From: Selenomonas ruminantium | GTDB lineage: Bacteria; Bacillota; Negativicutes; Selenomonadales; Selenomonadaceae | Length of the DNA stretch: 64,000 nt | Strand: one strand, 5' to 3' | Assembly (NCBI RefSeq): GCF_902781305.1 | Contig: NZ_CACZIV010000003.1 | Shown here: positions 40,530-51,691 of the stretch, in pieces | Layout of the letters: each line of letters begins with the position of its first letter | Numbering within the stretch: position 1 is the first letter of the stretch | Notes under the pieces: model-generated | The model's input: the letters and a program-made list of their open reading frames with translations, nothing else | Databases searched by the model: none | What the model was told of the DNA's origin: nothing | Made by a program: the position numbers and the translations under genes

Positions 40530-43046
40530 ATGCTTATGAACACGCCAAATGATGCAGGAACTTCCCCCAATAACAATGTGCGCCTGCTCTATCCGTTAAA
40601 TGTTTGGGCACTGTCCTTCGGCTGTGCCGTGGGATGGGGTGCCTTTATGATGCCGGGCAATCTCTTTTTGCCCCATGCCGGCCCTGTGGGCAGCATCCTC
40701 GCCATTGCCCTGGGCAGCATAACCATGCTGATTATCGGCGCCAACTTCTGCAAACTGGCACAAAAATACCGCGACAACGGCGGCTTCTATGCCTATGTGC
40801 AGCAGGTAATGGGCCATGACCATGCCTTTCTGGCTGCCTGGGCACTCATTGTCACCTATCTGTCCATTATCTGGGCCAATGCGACCGCTGTAGTTGTCCT
40901 GGTACGCTTCTTTTTTGGTGATATTCTGCAAAGGGGCTTCCACTATCAGGTGGCGGGCTTTGATGTTTATGCGGGTGAAATGATTACGACCTGGGCCGTA
41001 CTTATCGCGTTTGCCTTTTTCTCCGCGTATGGGGGCAAAGCCAAACGCCCCATCCACACCATGATGGCCCTGCTTCTGTTCTTCGGCGTTGTCCTGCTCT
41101 TTTGCGGCGTGCTGGCCATGAGCACCAACCATGCTAGCTTTTATCCCGCTTTTGACCCGGATATCGGCGGCACGCCTACCCTGCAGATTTTCAGCATGCT
41201 GATGGTGACGCCCTGGATGTTTTTTGGCTATGAATCCATCACGCACGGCGGGGAGGAATTCCGCTTTCCCATCCAACGTACCTTCCCCATTATTGTCGGG
41301 GCAGTAATCGCCACTTTCCTTGCCTATAGTCTGCCCATTGCCATTGCCGTTATCGGCAGACCGCCGGAATTTGCCACCTGGCATGATTACCTGCTCGCGC
41401 TCTCCCACCTGCAGGGCTTCGATTCCCTGCCCGTATTCCACGGTGTGGAAAGCCTGCTCGGCCCAGGAGGACTTGCTCTGCTTGCCGCTACCGTGCTGGC
41501 CGGCATCTTTACCGGCGTCAATGGCCTTTATCGCGGCTGCTCTTTCCTGCTGCAATCCATGGCCAAAAACAAACTGCTGCCCGACATTTTTGCCCAGCAG
41601 GCTGCTGATGGTACGCCCCGCAAGGCCGTGTTTCTCATCCTGCTGCTCTCCTTGCCCATCCCCTTCCTGGGACGTACAGCCATTGTCTGGCTGGTCGATG
41701 CCATCACCATCAGCGGCTCGATTGCCTACGCCTATGTATCCCTGTGCCGCTACCGGGAAGCCAAGGCAGAAAACAGTTTATCCGGCAAGGCTTTGGGGAG
41801 AGCAGGTTTCATTATTTCCCTGTTTTTCTTCTTCTGCCCCATCATTCCCGATTTACTCTTGGGCAGCACCTTGGAAACCGAATCCTATCTGCTCTTGGCC
41901 GTATGGAGCATACTGGGGCTTATCTACTACTGGTACATCTTCAAACACGATGAGCAGGAGCGCTTTGGCAAATCCTTCTCGCTCTGTACGGTACTGCTTT
42001 TCCTGAACTTCTTCTCCACGGCCCTCTGGCTGCGGCAGGCAACCATTACCAAAATCCCACTCGCGCAAATGGGCGGCTATGCACCAGTCCATGAGGTACT
42101 GAACCAGAACAGCTCGATACAGCTTGTACTCATCATGCTGATTCTGCTCTTTATGGCTGATATCTTCACGACCATGCGGCGGCGGGAACACGCGATGAGC
42201 AAAATCGTCATTGCCGAACAGCAGGCCAGCCGTACCCGCAGGGCCTACCTATCCAACATGACCCACGATATCGGACTCACCATGAACGCCATCATGAGTT
42301 ATGTGAAGCTTGCCCGGAAAAGCGGTGAAGATTACCAGAATAACACAGCAGACTGTCCACATAATGCTCTGGACGGGCTCCAGCAGGGGCTTATCCATAC
42401 CGACTCCATCAGTCACTACTTCCTGCATCTGGTCAAGGAAATGGAAAAGGTCGACCGCATTCAGAGCAATACCTTGAAGCTGTATCCTGTTCCCACGGAT
42501 ATCCGCTACAATCTGAAACAGGTCAAGGATATCTTCACCACGCAAATGCAGGATAAAAACATCGACTTCATGGTCTATACAGCCCAACTCGAAAATCCCT
42601 ATGTTTACTGCGATAAAGACCGACTTCAGCGCATTTTGCTGAATCTCATCAGCCTGGCCTACGAATTCACCCCCGCAGGCGGCAGTATCGCGGTCACGCT
42701 GGCCCAAAAGGGCTTTGCCTACCATACCGAAAGGGCAGACAGCCAGCGCCATTTCCAGTTATATGCCGACTATGAACTGCGCATCAAGGACTCCGGCAAT
42801 GGGATGCCAACTGAAATGAGCAATGATTTCATCAACAGCTGTGACTGGGAAAAGCTATTCAAAAAGGAAGGGCCGGAACGCTGTCTGGCCATTACCAAGC
42901 ATTTGATTGACCTGTTTAATGGTTCAGTGAACATCCTCACAGGACCGGGACAGGGTACGGAAGTCATCATCCATCTAACCTTACCTTTGGCCAAACAATC
43001 TGCAGTTCCCATTCATTTGGAACAAGAAGCTGCAAATTTAATTTAA
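40530..43046 (+). CDS. APC amino-acid permease fused to a HisKA/HATPase-like domain (copy 2)
   Basis: Paralog of the upstream gene; THDIGLTM, NLISLA, DSGNGM, GQGT. Confidence 0.8.
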   Translation: MLMNTPNDAGTSPNNNVRLLYPLNVWALSFGCAVGWGAFMMPGNLFLPHAGPVGSILAIALGSITMLIIGANFCKLAQKYRDNGGFYAYVQQVMGHDHAFLAAWALIVTYLSIIWANATAVVVLVRFFFGDILQRGFHYQVAGFDVYAGEMITTWAVLIAFAFFSAYGGKAKRPIHTMMALLLFFGVVLLFCGVLAMSTNHASFYPAFDPDIGGTPTLQIFSMLMVTPWMFFGYESITHGGEEFRFPIQRTFPIIVGAVIATFLAYSLPIAIAVIGRPPEFATWHDYLLALSHLQGFDSLPVFHGVESLLGPGGLALLAATVLAGIFTGVNGLYRGCSFLLQSMAKNKLLPDIFAQQAADGTPRKAVFLILLLSLPIPFLGRTAIVWLVDAITISGSIAYAYVSLCRYREAKAENSLSGKALGRAGFIISLFFFFCPIIPDLLLGSTLETESYLLLAVWSILGLIYYWYIFKHDEQERFGKSFSLCTVLLFLNFFSTALWLRQATITKIPLAQMGGYAPVHEVLNQNSSIQLVLIMLILLFMADIFTTMRRREHAMSKIVIAEQQASRTRRAYLSNMTHDIGLTMNAIMSYVKLARKSGEDYQNNTADCPHNALDGLQQGLIHTDSISHYFLHLVKEMEKVDRIQSNTLKLYPVPTDIRYNLKQVKDIFTTQMQDKNIDFMVYTAQLENPYVYCDKDRLQRILLNLISLAYEFTPAGGSIAVTLAQKGFAYHTERADSQRHFQLYADYELRIKDSGNGMPTEMSNDFINSCDWEKLFKKEGPERCLAITKHLIDLFNGSVNILTGPGQGTEVIIHLTLPLAKQSAVPIHLEQEAANLI

Positions 43047-43055
43047 TAAGCGTCG

Positions 43056-43091
43056 AAAAGGCGGCAGCCGCAATCGCGGCCACCGCCTTTT
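43056..43091. terminator. Bidirectional terminator
   Basis: aaaaggcgg...ccgcctttt between convergent genes. Confidence 0.8.
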
Positions 43092-43115
43092 CACTTTGTA
43101 TATTTGGATTGAGGG

Positions 43116-44846
43116 TTAAACCTTGAACTCACCAACAGCAGTCTGCAGACCATGTGCCAGCTGCGCCAGGGCCTCACTTGCCGAAGCGATTTCTTCGGCG
43201 GCAGCGGACTGTTCTTCGGCAGCTGCCGATACGCTTTCCATATCCGCAGCTACCCGGCGGCTGTTATCGGAAATCTTGCTGGAACGGGTACGGACATTTT
43301 CCGTATCGTTGGATACAACCTTGAGGTCACCGCTCATGCCATGCGCTTTTTCAGCCACAGCATCCGAGGCTTCAAGAATCTTGTCGAAGGCTGCCTTGAG
43401 CTGGCTGACGGATTCCGTACCTTCCTTGACGGCGGTATTACCGCGCTGCATACCATTGACTGCCTCCGTCGTCTCATTTTGAATAGCCGCGATAAGCGCG
43501 GTAATGCGCTTGGCGGCATTTTGGGACTCTTCTGCCAGCTTTCTTACTTCATCGGCCACGACCGCAAAGCCACGGCCATGCTCGCCAGCACGGGCCGCTT
43601 CAATAGCAGCGTTGAGCGCCAGCAGATTGGTCTGCTCGGCAATCCCCGAAATCGTCTCGACAATCTGACCAATTTCCTGCGAACGCTGTCCCAATTTGTC
43701 TACCGTCACCGTCGAACCATTGACGATTTCTTCTACGCTGACAATCTTATCGACCGCCTGACCGATAGCGCTGCTGCCATCCTGAGCCTGTTTATGGGAT
43801 TCGGTGACATTGGCCGTAACTTCACCGGCAGTCTGATTGAGGTTCTCGATGGAGCGCATGGTATTGTCAATAGATTCCATGGCCTCCTCAACATCCTTCT
43901 GCTGCTCGATAACCGCGCCGGCAGAACTCGTTACGCGCTGTGCTACCTGCTCAGAAGCCAGTGCCGACTGGTGGGCTGTCGCGGTAAGTTCCTGCGAGGA
44001 AGCCGCCAACTGTTCCGTCGAGGTAATGACCTTCTTAATCAGATTGTTGACCGTGATGCGCATATCGCGAACAGCGGCTTCCATGCGGCCAAACTCGTCG
44101 CTGCGCTCGATGGTGCCAATCTTGCCCCCCGTACGGAAATCACCGCGGGAAAGCTTTTCACAAACCAGGATAACCAGCTTCAAGGGGTCGATAATCTGCT
44201 TGGTCACAAAGGCAATCGCCAATGTGAGCACCACGATAATCACGGCACAAGTGGCAATCATGCGAAAGACCGCATTATTCATATCCTCTTCGCCCTTGTC
44301 CAGGCCCTTTTGGGCATCCTCCAGGCTTCTATTCTGAACGGCTTCCAAATCACCGGACATCGCCACGGCCAGCGGCATAACCTTTTCCTGATAGAAATTC
44401 ATCGGCGCACGCTCATCCTCACCTTCATAGGCATTCATCTGCAAAAGCTGTGCGGCATTGGCCTTATAGGCATCAAAGTCCTTGCGCACCTTGGCCGCCA
44501 TTTCCGCCCGTTTCGGATGCTTGGCATGTAATGCCTCATATTTCTTCATGAAATCTTCTGCTTCACTTATGGCATTGTTGAATTTCGTCATCCTGTCCTT
44601 GCGTTGTTCCGGCTGCACAGTATACGGCTGCAGACTTGCCTGAATCTGCGAGTAGCGGGTGTTATAACGCACCTGCGAGCAATAATAAATGCTCATGGTG
44701 TCCTCATTATAAAGTTCTTCCATATCTGCCCGCGCCGCTTTGATGGAAGTATAACCGACCCAGCCGACCACCACTGTGGCAATAAAGGCCATAACGCCAA
44801 TAATGGCCAGTTTTTGTGCCACCTTTAAATTTCTTATAAAGCCCAT
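43116..44846 (-). CDS. Methyl-accepting chemotaxis protein (helical-bundle sensor, HAMP)
   Basis: Two TMs, [41 protein letters not shown]. Confidence 0.95.
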   Translation of the reverse strand: MGFIRNLKVAQKLAIIGVMAFIATVVVGWVGYTSIKAARADMEELYNEDTMSIYYCSQVRYNTRYSQIQASLQPYTVQPEQRKDRMTKFNNAISEAEDFMKKYEALHAKHPKRAEMAAKVRKDFDAYKANAAQLLQMNAYEGEDERAPMNFYQEKVMPLAVAMSGDLEAVQNRSLEDAQKGLDKGEEDMNNAVFRMIATCAVIIVVLTLAIAFVTKQIIDPLKLVILVCEKLSRGDFRTGGKIGTIERSDEFGRMEAAVRDMRITVNNLIKKVITSTEQLAASSQELTATAHQSALASEQVAQRVTSSAGAVIEQQKDVEEAMESIDNTMRSIENLNQTAGEVTANVTESHKQAQDGSSAIGQAVDKIVSVEEIVNGSTVTVDKLGQRSQEIGQIVETISGIAEQTNLLALNAAIEAARAGEHGRGFAVVADEVRKLAEESQNAAKRITALIAAIQNETTEAVNGMQRGNTAVKEGTESVSQLKAAFDKILEASDAVAEKAHGMSGDLKVVSNDTENVRTRSSKISDNSRRVAADMESVSAAAEEQSAAAEEIASASEALAQLAHGLQTAVGEFKV

Positions 44847-44894
44847 AATCTACTTCTCCTTCCTGCATTATTCCTGCATCCATGCGCACCTTCA

Positions 44895-46754
44895 TCAGAC
44901 ATGGAATTTGCCCACAGCCTCCTGCATCTTTGTCGCGAGCGTTGCCAACGCCTGCGAAGCTGCTGCGATTTCCTCATTGGACGCCGACTGTTCCTCGGTT
45001 GCCGAAGATATGGTCTGCATGCTGTCGGAAGTCTTGTTGCTGATGCTGTCAATGGCATCTACGGCCGTAACAATCTGCTCAGCACCGATGGAAACCTCCG
45101 TAACAGCACCATTTATTTCTTCCATCTGATTGTTGATGGCATCGACCTTGCTCATAATGTCCTCGAACTGTTCGCCAACATCGCGAATCGCCTTGGTCCC
45201 GAGCGTAACTTCCTCCGTGCCGCTCTGCATGGATTCCACTGCTCTGGCCGTCTCGTTCTGAATGGAAGCAATCCGTTCCTTAATCTGTTCTGCCGATTCC
45301 TGCGATTCAGCAGCCAGCTTGCGAACTTCTTCGGCGACAACAGCAAACCCACGCCCCTGCTCCCCGGCGCGGGCAGCTTCAATCGCCGCATTGAGGGACA
45401 GGAGATTCGTCTGCTGGGCAATGGAGGAAATAGCCTCCACAATCTGCCCAATCTGCTGCGAACTTTCGCCCAGAGTCTTGACCACTTCCGAAGACGAAAG
45501 CACGCTCTGCTCGATAGCACCCATCTTCTTGATGGCTTCTTCCATCAAGTCAGCACCTTTCTTGGCTGCTTCCGCCGTCTGATTGGATGCCGTAGTAACC
45601 TGTTTTGCCTTGGCAGACATTTCCGCAATATCATGATAAACGCCATCCACACTGTCCTTGGCGCTGTTGATATCGCTGAGCTGCTGCGCCACATTGCCCA
45701 CTACATCACCGACTGTTTCTGCCACATGCACAGAAGCATCTGCCGACTGCTGAGCATTCGCCGTAAGTTCTTCCGAGGACGCTGCTACCTGCTCCGAAGT
45801 CGTAGCCATCTGACGGATAAGGTCCCGCAGATTTTCACTCATGGTATTAAACGCATTTGTGAGCGAGCCAATTTCATCACTGGAAGTAACCGCCAGCTTT
45901 TGCTGTGAGAGATTTCCCTTTGCCATTTCGCGGGCATGGTGCTCCAAGGCCTCGATGGGATTCGTAATTTTACCGGAAAATTGGAAGCAAACACCTAAAA
46001 CCAAAATTACCCCTACGAGCGTCAGCACACCATAAACCATTTTTAACGTGCTGACCGATGCAAATACATAGTCATAAGGTACGCTCATCGCAAACAGCCA
46101 CCCCGTGCTGGGTACCAGTGCATAACCGCAAATCATCTTGCCATCACGCGGACTATCAAAGACAAAGACACCTGTACCCTTTTTCAGCATTTCATCAAAA
46201 TGACTGCCAATTCCCGGCAAATCCTGAAATTTGGAACCAATCTGCTCGTCTGTGCCAATCCCCAAAATCATACCCGTCTTATCGGCCACAGCTGCCATAC
46301 CGGCTTCCCCGTGGTATTTCAGCTTGTCCACCTGCGCATCCACCACGGCTAGGTCAATATCTGTACAAAGCGTACCATAGAATTGCCCATCCTTTTTGAA
46401 GGGCGCTACAGCAGATACCACCAGTTTATTGGTATTCTTATCGATATAGGGTTCCGTAAAGACCATTTTACCCGCCTTTTTGGCATCGTTATACCAGGGA
46501 CGAGTACGCGGGTCCAAAGAACCTGTACTCTTATTCTGGGTGCGGTAAGAGGCAAAATAGCCATCTTCCATACCAATGTTCAAATCGAGAATCTCCGGGT
46601 CAGAAGCACCGATTGCCAAGGAGGCAATGCTCTTGGTACGCGTTTCATCCCCATTGAATTCCGTCATCAATGTAAAAAAGCCAATAATGGAAATGACCGC
46701 CATTAAGGCGCCTACTATACCGGCTAAAACATAAAATTTTTGCCTGATACCCAT
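44895..46754 (-). CDS. Methyl-accepting chemotaxis protein (dCache sensor, HAMP)
   Basis: [18 protein letters not shown] signalling motif; start placed at MGIRQKF after a GAGAGAGG RBS. Confidence 0.92.
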   Translation of the reverse strand: MGIRQKFYVLAGIVGALMAVISIIGFFTLMTEFNGDETRTKSIASLAIGASDPEILDLNIGMEDGYFASYRTQNKSTGSLDPRTRPWYNDAKKAGKMVFTEPYIDKNTNKLVVSAVAPFKKDGQFYGTLCTDIDLAVVDAQVDKLKYHGEAGMAAVADKTGMILGIGTDEQIGSKFQDLPGIGSHFDEMLKKGTGVFVFDSPRDGKMICGYALVPSTGWLFAMSVPYDYVFASVSTLKMVYGVLTLVGVILVLGVCFQFSGKITNPIEALEHHAREMAKGNLSQQKLAVTSSDEIGSLTNAFNTMSENLRDLIRQMATTSEQVAASSEELTANAQQSADASVHVAETVGDVVGNVAQQLSDINSAKDSVDGVYHDIAEMSAKAKQVTTASNQTAEAAKKGADLMEEAIKKMGAIEQSVLSSSEVVKTLGESSQQIGQIVEAISSIAQQTNLLSLNAAIEAARAGEQGRGFAVVAEEVRKLAAESQESAEQIKERIASIQNETARAVESMQSGTEEVTLGTKAIRDVGEQFEDIMSKVDAINNQMEEINGAVTEVSIGAEQIVTAVDAIDSISNKTSDSMQTISSATEEQSASNEEIAAASQALATLATKMQEAVGKFHV

Positions 46755-46810
46755 AAATACCACCCTCTCTCCATATCGTACATCCCAATTCAAAGTCATT
46801 TGTTTTTCTA

Positions 46811-46835
46811 TTTCTACACCCAAAGTGGAAATCCT
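46811..46835 (-). promoter_or_regulatory. Putative sigmaH-type promoter of the MCP pair
   Basis: AGGA-N17-GAAA. Confidence 0.5.
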
Positions 46836-46871
46836 TTTGCTTATGGAAATTTTCTTGAAATATGTATGCGC

Positions 46872-46905
46872 AAAAAACCCGCATAGCTTTTGCAAGCTAT
46901 GCGGG
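46872..46905 (-). terminator. Terminator after hpf
   Basis: cccgcatagctt...aagctatgcggg followed by 6 T on the minus strand. Confidence 0.85.
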
Positions 46906-46937
46906 CATTGGGGAAGGGATTAACACCTATCAAACGG

Positions 46938-47480
46938 TTAATTTCCGGATTCAATCAGACCATAGTTACCATCGGTGCGCTTGTAAACGACCTGCACATC
47001 TTCGGTTTCGGAATTGCGGAACACGAAGAAATTGTGATTCAGAAGGTTCATCTGCATGATGGCTTCCTGTACATCCATTGGTTTGACCACGAATTTCTTG
47101 GTCTTTACCACCTGATATTCTTCATCATCAGCTGCTGTTTCAACCGGTGCAGACTTAAGCGCCTCAGCCTTGAAACCACCGCCACGGAAACGGCGCGCAA
47201 GTTTCGTCTTCTGTTTGTGAATCTGGCGTTCGAGTTTTTCCACGACCAGGTCAATCGATGTGTACATATCCATCGTGGCTTCCTCGCCGCGAAGCAGGAT
47301 GCCGCCCTGTACAGGAACCGTCACCTCAACAATGTGCCGCCCCTTCGATACGGTCAGAAGAACCGAAATGTCACCGACATTTTCAAAGTACTTGGTGACT
47401 TTGCCTACGCGTTTTTCCACATACTCGCGCAGGGAAGGAGTAATCTCGATGTTCTTGCCTCTTACAGTGAATGTTGCCAT
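46938..47480 (-). CDS. hpf: Ribosome hibernation promoting factor (long HPF)
   Basis: GKNIEITPSLREYVEKR, DMYTSID, KPMDVQEA, YKRTDGNYGLIE. Confidence 0.95.
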   Translation of the reverse strand: MATFTVRGKNIEITPSLREYVEKRVGKVTKYFENVGDISVLLTVSKGRHIVEVTVPVQGGILLRGEEATMDMYTSIDLVVEKLERQIHKQKTKLARRFRGGGFKAEALKSAPVETAADDEEYQVVKTKKFVVKPMDVQEAIMQMNLLNHNFFVFRNSETEDVQVVYKRTDGNYGLIESGN

Positions 47481-47558
47481 ACGACACATCCCCTTTCTTT
47501 GATGCCGCAGGACTTTGCCTGCAGATAATTAGCAACTTATGAGGTTTATACTGTATAT

Positions 47559-47583
47559 ATTCGCCTAGCCGCGCCAAAACCCT
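47559..47583 (-). promoter_or_regulatory. Putative sigmaH-type promoter of hpf
   Basis: AGGG-N17-GAAT; B. subtilis hpf/yvyD has a sigmaH promoter. Confidence 0.55.
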
Positions 47584-47653
47584 TCTTTTATTTTCAATAA
47601 AAATAAAAAAGCCTTCCTTTTTTTCAGAAGGCTTTCATTAGCGTATAAAAAAA

Positions 47654-47854
47654 TTATGCCGTTTTGCTGACATTGGAAGCCTGCGGACCACGTGCGCCTT
47701 CCACAATGTCAAATTCAACTTCCTGACCCTCGTTCAGAGTCTTGAAGCCTTCATCATTGATAGCGGAAAAATGTACGAATACATCGTCCCCATCCTCGCG
47801 AGCAATGAAGCCGTAACCTTTTTCAGCGCTGAACCATTTCACTTTACCAACCAT
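47654..47854 (-). CDS. cspA: Cold-shock protein
   Basis: [24 protein letters not shown]; terminator at about 47605-47635. Confidence 0.95.
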   Translation of the reverse strand: MVGKVKWFSAEKGYGFIAREDGDDVFVHFSAINDEGFKTLNEGQEVEFDIVEGARGPQASNVSKTA

Positions 47855-47914
47855 TGAGATTCCTCCTGTTGCTTAAAACCTGCCGTCGGACGCTTCCCCG
47901 ACGACCCAATAATA

Positions 47915-47943
47915 ATTATAATTGTTACTTATTGAATTGTCAA
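47915..47943 (-). promoter_or_regulatory. sigmaA promoter of the csp gene
   Basis: Perfect TTGACA-N17-TATAAT. Confidence 0.8.
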
Positions 47944-47979
47944 TGTTTTCTTATAGATGCAGACAAATGTATACGATTT

Positions 47980-48699
47980 TTACAATACTTTAGAAAGGAA
48001 ACTCTTGGTCCGTTCCTGCTGAGGATGTTCAAAGATTTCCGCCGGCGTCCCCTGCTCTAAGATGCCGCCGCCATCAATAAAGAGCACGCGGTCGGCAACC
48101 TCGCGGGCAAAACCCATTTCATGGGTGACAATAGCCATGGTCATGCCGTCTTTCGCGAGCGAGCGCATAACGTCCAAAACTTCGCCGACCATTTCCGGGT
48201 CAAGGGCTGAGGTCGGCTCATCAAAGAGCATGACCTTCGGTTCCATCGCCAGTGCCCGGGCAATGGCCACACGTTGCTGCTGGCCGCCGGAAAGCTGGCT
48301 GGGGTAATTATCCGCCTTATCCGCCAGACCGACCCGCTCCAAAAGTTCACGGGCTTTTTTCTGTGCTTCTTCCTGGCTAACTTTTTTCACCTTCATGGGG
48401 GCCAGCATGATGTTTTCGAGCGCCGTCATATGCGGGAACAGGTTAAACCGCTGGAACACCATGCCTACTTCTTCACGCACTTTGTTGATATTGGCTTCGC
48501 CATCTAACGGCGTGCCTGCTACCGTGACCTTGCCGCTGGTGGGTTCCTCCAAATAGTTCATGCAGCGCAGAAGCGTACTCTTGCCGGAACCAGACGGGCC
48601 AATCAGTGCGACCACTTCCTGCGGCTTGATATGGAGGTTGACGCCTTTGAGCACTTCAACCTCGCCAAAGGCTTTATGTAAATTTTCAATGACGATCAT
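47980..48699 (-). CDS. Polar amino-acid ABC transporter ATPase (GlnQ/ArtM-like)
   Basis: [27 protein letters not shown]. Confidence 0.95.
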   Translation of the reverse strand: MIVIENLHKAFGEVEVLKGVNLHIKPQEVVALIGPSGSGKSTLLRCMNYLEEPTSGKVTVAGTPLDGEANINKVREEVGMVFQRFNLFPHMTALENIMLAPMKVKKVSQEEAQKKARELLERVGLADKADNYPSQLSGGQQQRVAIARALAMEPKVMLFDEPTSALDPEMVGEVLDVMRSLAKDGMTMAIVTHEMGFAREVADRVLFIDGGGILEQGTPAEIFEHPQQERTKSFLSKVL

Positions 48700-49351
48700 C
48701 TTTTGCAAACCTCCACTCCAAGAATGCGACAAAGCGGGAAATAGTCAGCGTCATAATCAGATAGATTATCGCAACGCAGGTCCAGATTTCCACCGATGCA
48801 TAAGTTTTGGCAATAATGAGCTGACCACGGCGGGTGAGTTCCTCAAAGCCGATAACCGATACCAGCGAAGAATCCTTCAAGAGGGCGATAAACTCATTGC
48901 CCAGCTGGGGAATAACCCGCTTAAAAGCCTGCGGTACCACGATATAACGCATGGTCTGCACCCAGGTCATGCCCAGGGAACGTCCAGCCTCCATCTGCCC
49001 CTTGTCGATGGACTGGATCCCCGAGCGGAAGATTTCGGCTACATAGGCACCGGAGTTCAGTCCGCAGGCGCTGATTGCCGCCACATAGGGGTCACTTCTC
49101 TGTCCTGTCATCAATGGCAGTGCAAAGTACACCAAAAAGATTTGAATCAAGAGCGGCGTTCCGCGGAAAAAGTCCACATAAATTGCCGCTATCCAACGGA
49201 AAATCTTTATCCGGCCAATACGGGCAATGCCCATAAAAAGACCGATAACGATACCAACGGCCACCGATAGTGCCGTTATTTTGATTGTAATGCCCGCCCC
49301 CAACAAGAGCAACGGGAAGGATTGTATCACCAAGTCAACATTAAAATCCAT
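48686..49351 (-). CDS. Polar amino-acid ABC transporter permease
   Basis: [31 protein letters not shown]. Confidence 0.95.
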   Translation of the reverse strand: MDFNVDLVIQSFPLLLLGAGITIKITALSVAVGIVIGLFMGIARIGRIKIFRWIAAIYVDFFRGTPLLIQIFLVYFALPLMTGQRSDPYVAAISACGLNSGAYVAEIFRSGIQSIDKGQMEAGRSLGMTWVQTMRYIVVPQAFKRVIPQLGNEFIALLKDSSLVSVIGFEELTRRGQLIIAKTYASVEIWTCVAIIYLIMTLTISRFVAFLEWRFAKDDRH

Positions 49352-49362
49352 TTTCTTCACCT

Positions 49363-49420
49363 TGCTTATAATTATTCATTAATCGTGTATAATTATAGAC
49401 TAAACTTTTAAGAGTGTCAA
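49363..49420 (-). promoter_or_regulatory. sigmaA promoter overlapped by tandem ARG-box-like sites
   Basis: TTGACA-N17-TATAAT (49420-49392); two 18-mers (49363-49380, 49384-49401) 3 bp apart resembling ArgR boxes, suggesting arginine transport. Confidence 0.65.
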
Positions 49421-49463
49421 CCTGTAAAATGGTATCTCAAGGCGGACATTTTGCTAAAAAGTT

Positions 49464-51683
49464 CTACGCATCATCCAGGCTGCCACAAAATTTCAGCCCT
49501 AACATGGTTATATCATCGGATTGCTCCGCACCTCCGGCATAGTTCCTGACGTCCTGACGAACAAACGCCAGTATTTCCCCTACATCTTTTTGCGGCTGCC
49601 TGTTCAATGTTTCTTGCAAACGCTCTTCCGAATAGAGTTCCCCGTCCTCATTCATGGCCTCTGTCACGCCATCTGTATACAGGAAAATCATATCCCCCCG
49701 CAGCATGACCAAACTATGCGCCTCGTACATTTCGTCCTCGTTTATGCCCAGCATCATATGTTTTCTTGCCTGCTGCAAATAACAGAACTTGCCATCAGCC
49801 TGCACCAAAGGTGGATTATGACCGCCATTTACATAAACCAGTTCCCCTGTTGTCAAATCCAACCTGGCCATAAACGCCGTCACAAACATCATTTCGTCAT
49901 TTTCCCGGCAAAGTTCCTGATTCGCCATCTTCATAATGCCGGCAAAATCAGCAGCATTTTTCGCCCTTAAGACCATATTCTTTAACGTGGTTTTCGCACG
50001 CATCATATAAAGCGCTGCCGGAATCCCCTTCCCGGATACGTCAGCAATCGTCATCACCAGATGTTTTTCATCCGTCATATAAAAATCATAAAAGTCACCA
50101 CCTACCCCTTTGGCAGCATCCATGGTCGCATATATTTGAAATTCTCGGTAATCGGTCAAAAAATCCTGCGGTAATGCGCCCAGCTGAATATTACGGGCCA
50201 CCGAAAGCTCAGCTGCCGCCTTTTCCTTCTCAGCTGTTGCCTTAGACAAATTATCAATATAGGCTTTCAGCTCATCCGTCATAGAATTAAAGCAGCTTGC
50301 CAAATGTTCAATTTCATCACCGGTAGTTATATCCAGTTTCTTGTCAAGATTGCCACCGGCAATTTCACGCACACCATCGGCCATCTGCTTTATCGGCTCA
50401 ACAAATCGGTCAGAAAGCTCCTTCGACATAAATATCATAATGACCACCATGATAAAAAATGCCAGCAAAGCCACCTGCAAAAGTAAAAGCGACTCACGCT
50501 GCAAATTGTCACGGAAAGATTTCATCTGCCCCATGAAATAGTTATGGCTTTCCTGCAGCAAAGATGAAAGGTCATCTTGTGACACCAGAATTCCCAGGCT
50601 CCACTTCATCGTAGGGATTGGCGCGAACGCCAGCATGTATTTTTCGCCATCAAGCGCAATCGGCAATACACCACTTTCGCCGTTAGCCATATAATAAGCT
50701 GCCTTAGCCAGTTCCGCTGATTCACATTTCCGTAAATCCTGCCGCTTAACTTTCTCGGCCAGCACGCCCTCGTGCACCGATGAAAAAATCATCTTGCCAT
50801 CATTGTTCAGGATAAAGTTAATGCCCTTATCGCCAATGGCCGTATTCCGAATATATTGACGCAACTCTTTAGTCGCTAAATCAAGACTTGCTACACCGGC
50901 AATTCCTTCCGCATCATAATAGGGCACGGAGCAGCTTATAACCTCAACATCATTGTGTTCCTCCGTCAAAATAGTGAGATACGGCAAAGAAAATACGGCA
51001 CTATTGGCCTTGACCGCATTCAGATACCATGGCCTGATACATGGGTCATAGCTAAAGGCCGGATCATCCGATATCGGACTGTACTTGTCCCCCCGATAGA
51101 CGCTGCTGCAAATTAAAAACCCGGATTTACTGCCAAAATAGGTTGCGGAATAACTAAAATGACCATACTTTTTTTCCATCGGCACCATCGTACTCGTTAC
51201 ATTGGCGACCAGCTCAACTTCTTGCCGTACCGTTTCTATCCCACGTTTTCGCACTTCAGGACTATAGATAATACAGGGCGCAGCCGGCGGAACTTTTCCC
51301 TTATACGGATCAAGGACACTAGCTGGCAGATAATTGGACGGATGCTTCTGAATCCAGGTCAACACCTCTGCTAAAATCGTCACATCATGCTCCATATGTG
51401 CCAACTCATGGTCAATAAAGTTGGCTTTCGACATGGCTAAGTCTGCAATCGTATCCTTACTGGTTTTATTGATATATTTCTGCGTGTATGCAGCTCCCGC
51501 TTGCGAAAGCTGCTCCCCCATCTCGGTTATATCTTTTTGCACGAAGGTAATGCCATAAAATAACAAGCCAGCAAACACCAGTGCCGACAACAGGCTGCTG
51601 ATAAGCAGGAGCAGCAGCAAGCTCTCCCGGATGCTCGACCGTCTGCGCAATATTTTTCGTACAATCCGCCAGTAATCGCCCAT
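49464..51683 (-). CDS. Membrane PP2C (SpoIIE/RsbU-type) phosphatase with Cache and HAMP domains
   Basis: YDPCIRPWY Cache motif, HAMP, GGDFYD, ADVSGKG, YTDGVTE, QSDDIT. Confidence 0.92.
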   Translation of the reverse strand: MGDYWRIVRKILRRRSSIRESLLLLLLISSLLSALVFAGLLFYGITFVQKDITEMGEQLSQAGAAYTQKYINKTSKDTIADLAMSKANFIDHELAHMEHDVTILAEVLTWIQKHPSNYLPASVLDPYKGKVPPAAPCIIYSPEVRKRGIETVRQEVELVANVTSTMVPMEKKYGHFSYSATYFGSKSGFLICSSVYRGDKYSPISDDPAFSYDPCIRPWYLNAVKANSAVFSLPYLTILTEEHNDVEVISCSVPYYDAEGIAGVASLDLATKELRQYIRNTAIGDKGINFILNNDGKMIFSSVHEGVLAEKVKRQDLRKCESAELAKAAYYMANGESGVLPIALDGEKYMLAFAPIPTMKWSLGILVSQDDLSSLLQESHNYFMGQMKSFRDNLQRESLLLLQVALLAFFIMVVIMIFMSKELSDRFVEPIKQMADGVREIAGGNLDKKLDITTGDEIEHLASCFNSMTDELKAYIDNLSKATAEKEKAAAELSVARNIQLGALPQDFLTDYREFQIYATMDAAKGVGGDFYDFYMTDEKHLVMTIADVSGKGIPAALYMMRAKTTLKNMVLRAKNAADFAGIMKMANQELCRENDEMMFVTAFMARLDLTTGELVYVNGGHNPPLVQADGKFCYLQQARKHMMLGINEDEMYEAHSLVMLRGDMIFLYTDGVTEAMNEDGELYSEERLQETLNRQPQKDVGEILAFVRQDVRNYAGGAEQSDDITMLGLKFCGSLDDA

Positions 51684-51691
51684 ACCCTAAA

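Noticed and set aside
46755-46895. N-terminal extension of the MCP ORF, or a c-di-GMP riboswitch in its leader
   Set aside because: The region holds the hpf terminator and a promoter-like motif, the RBS supports a start at 46754, and no GEMM-type motif is visible.
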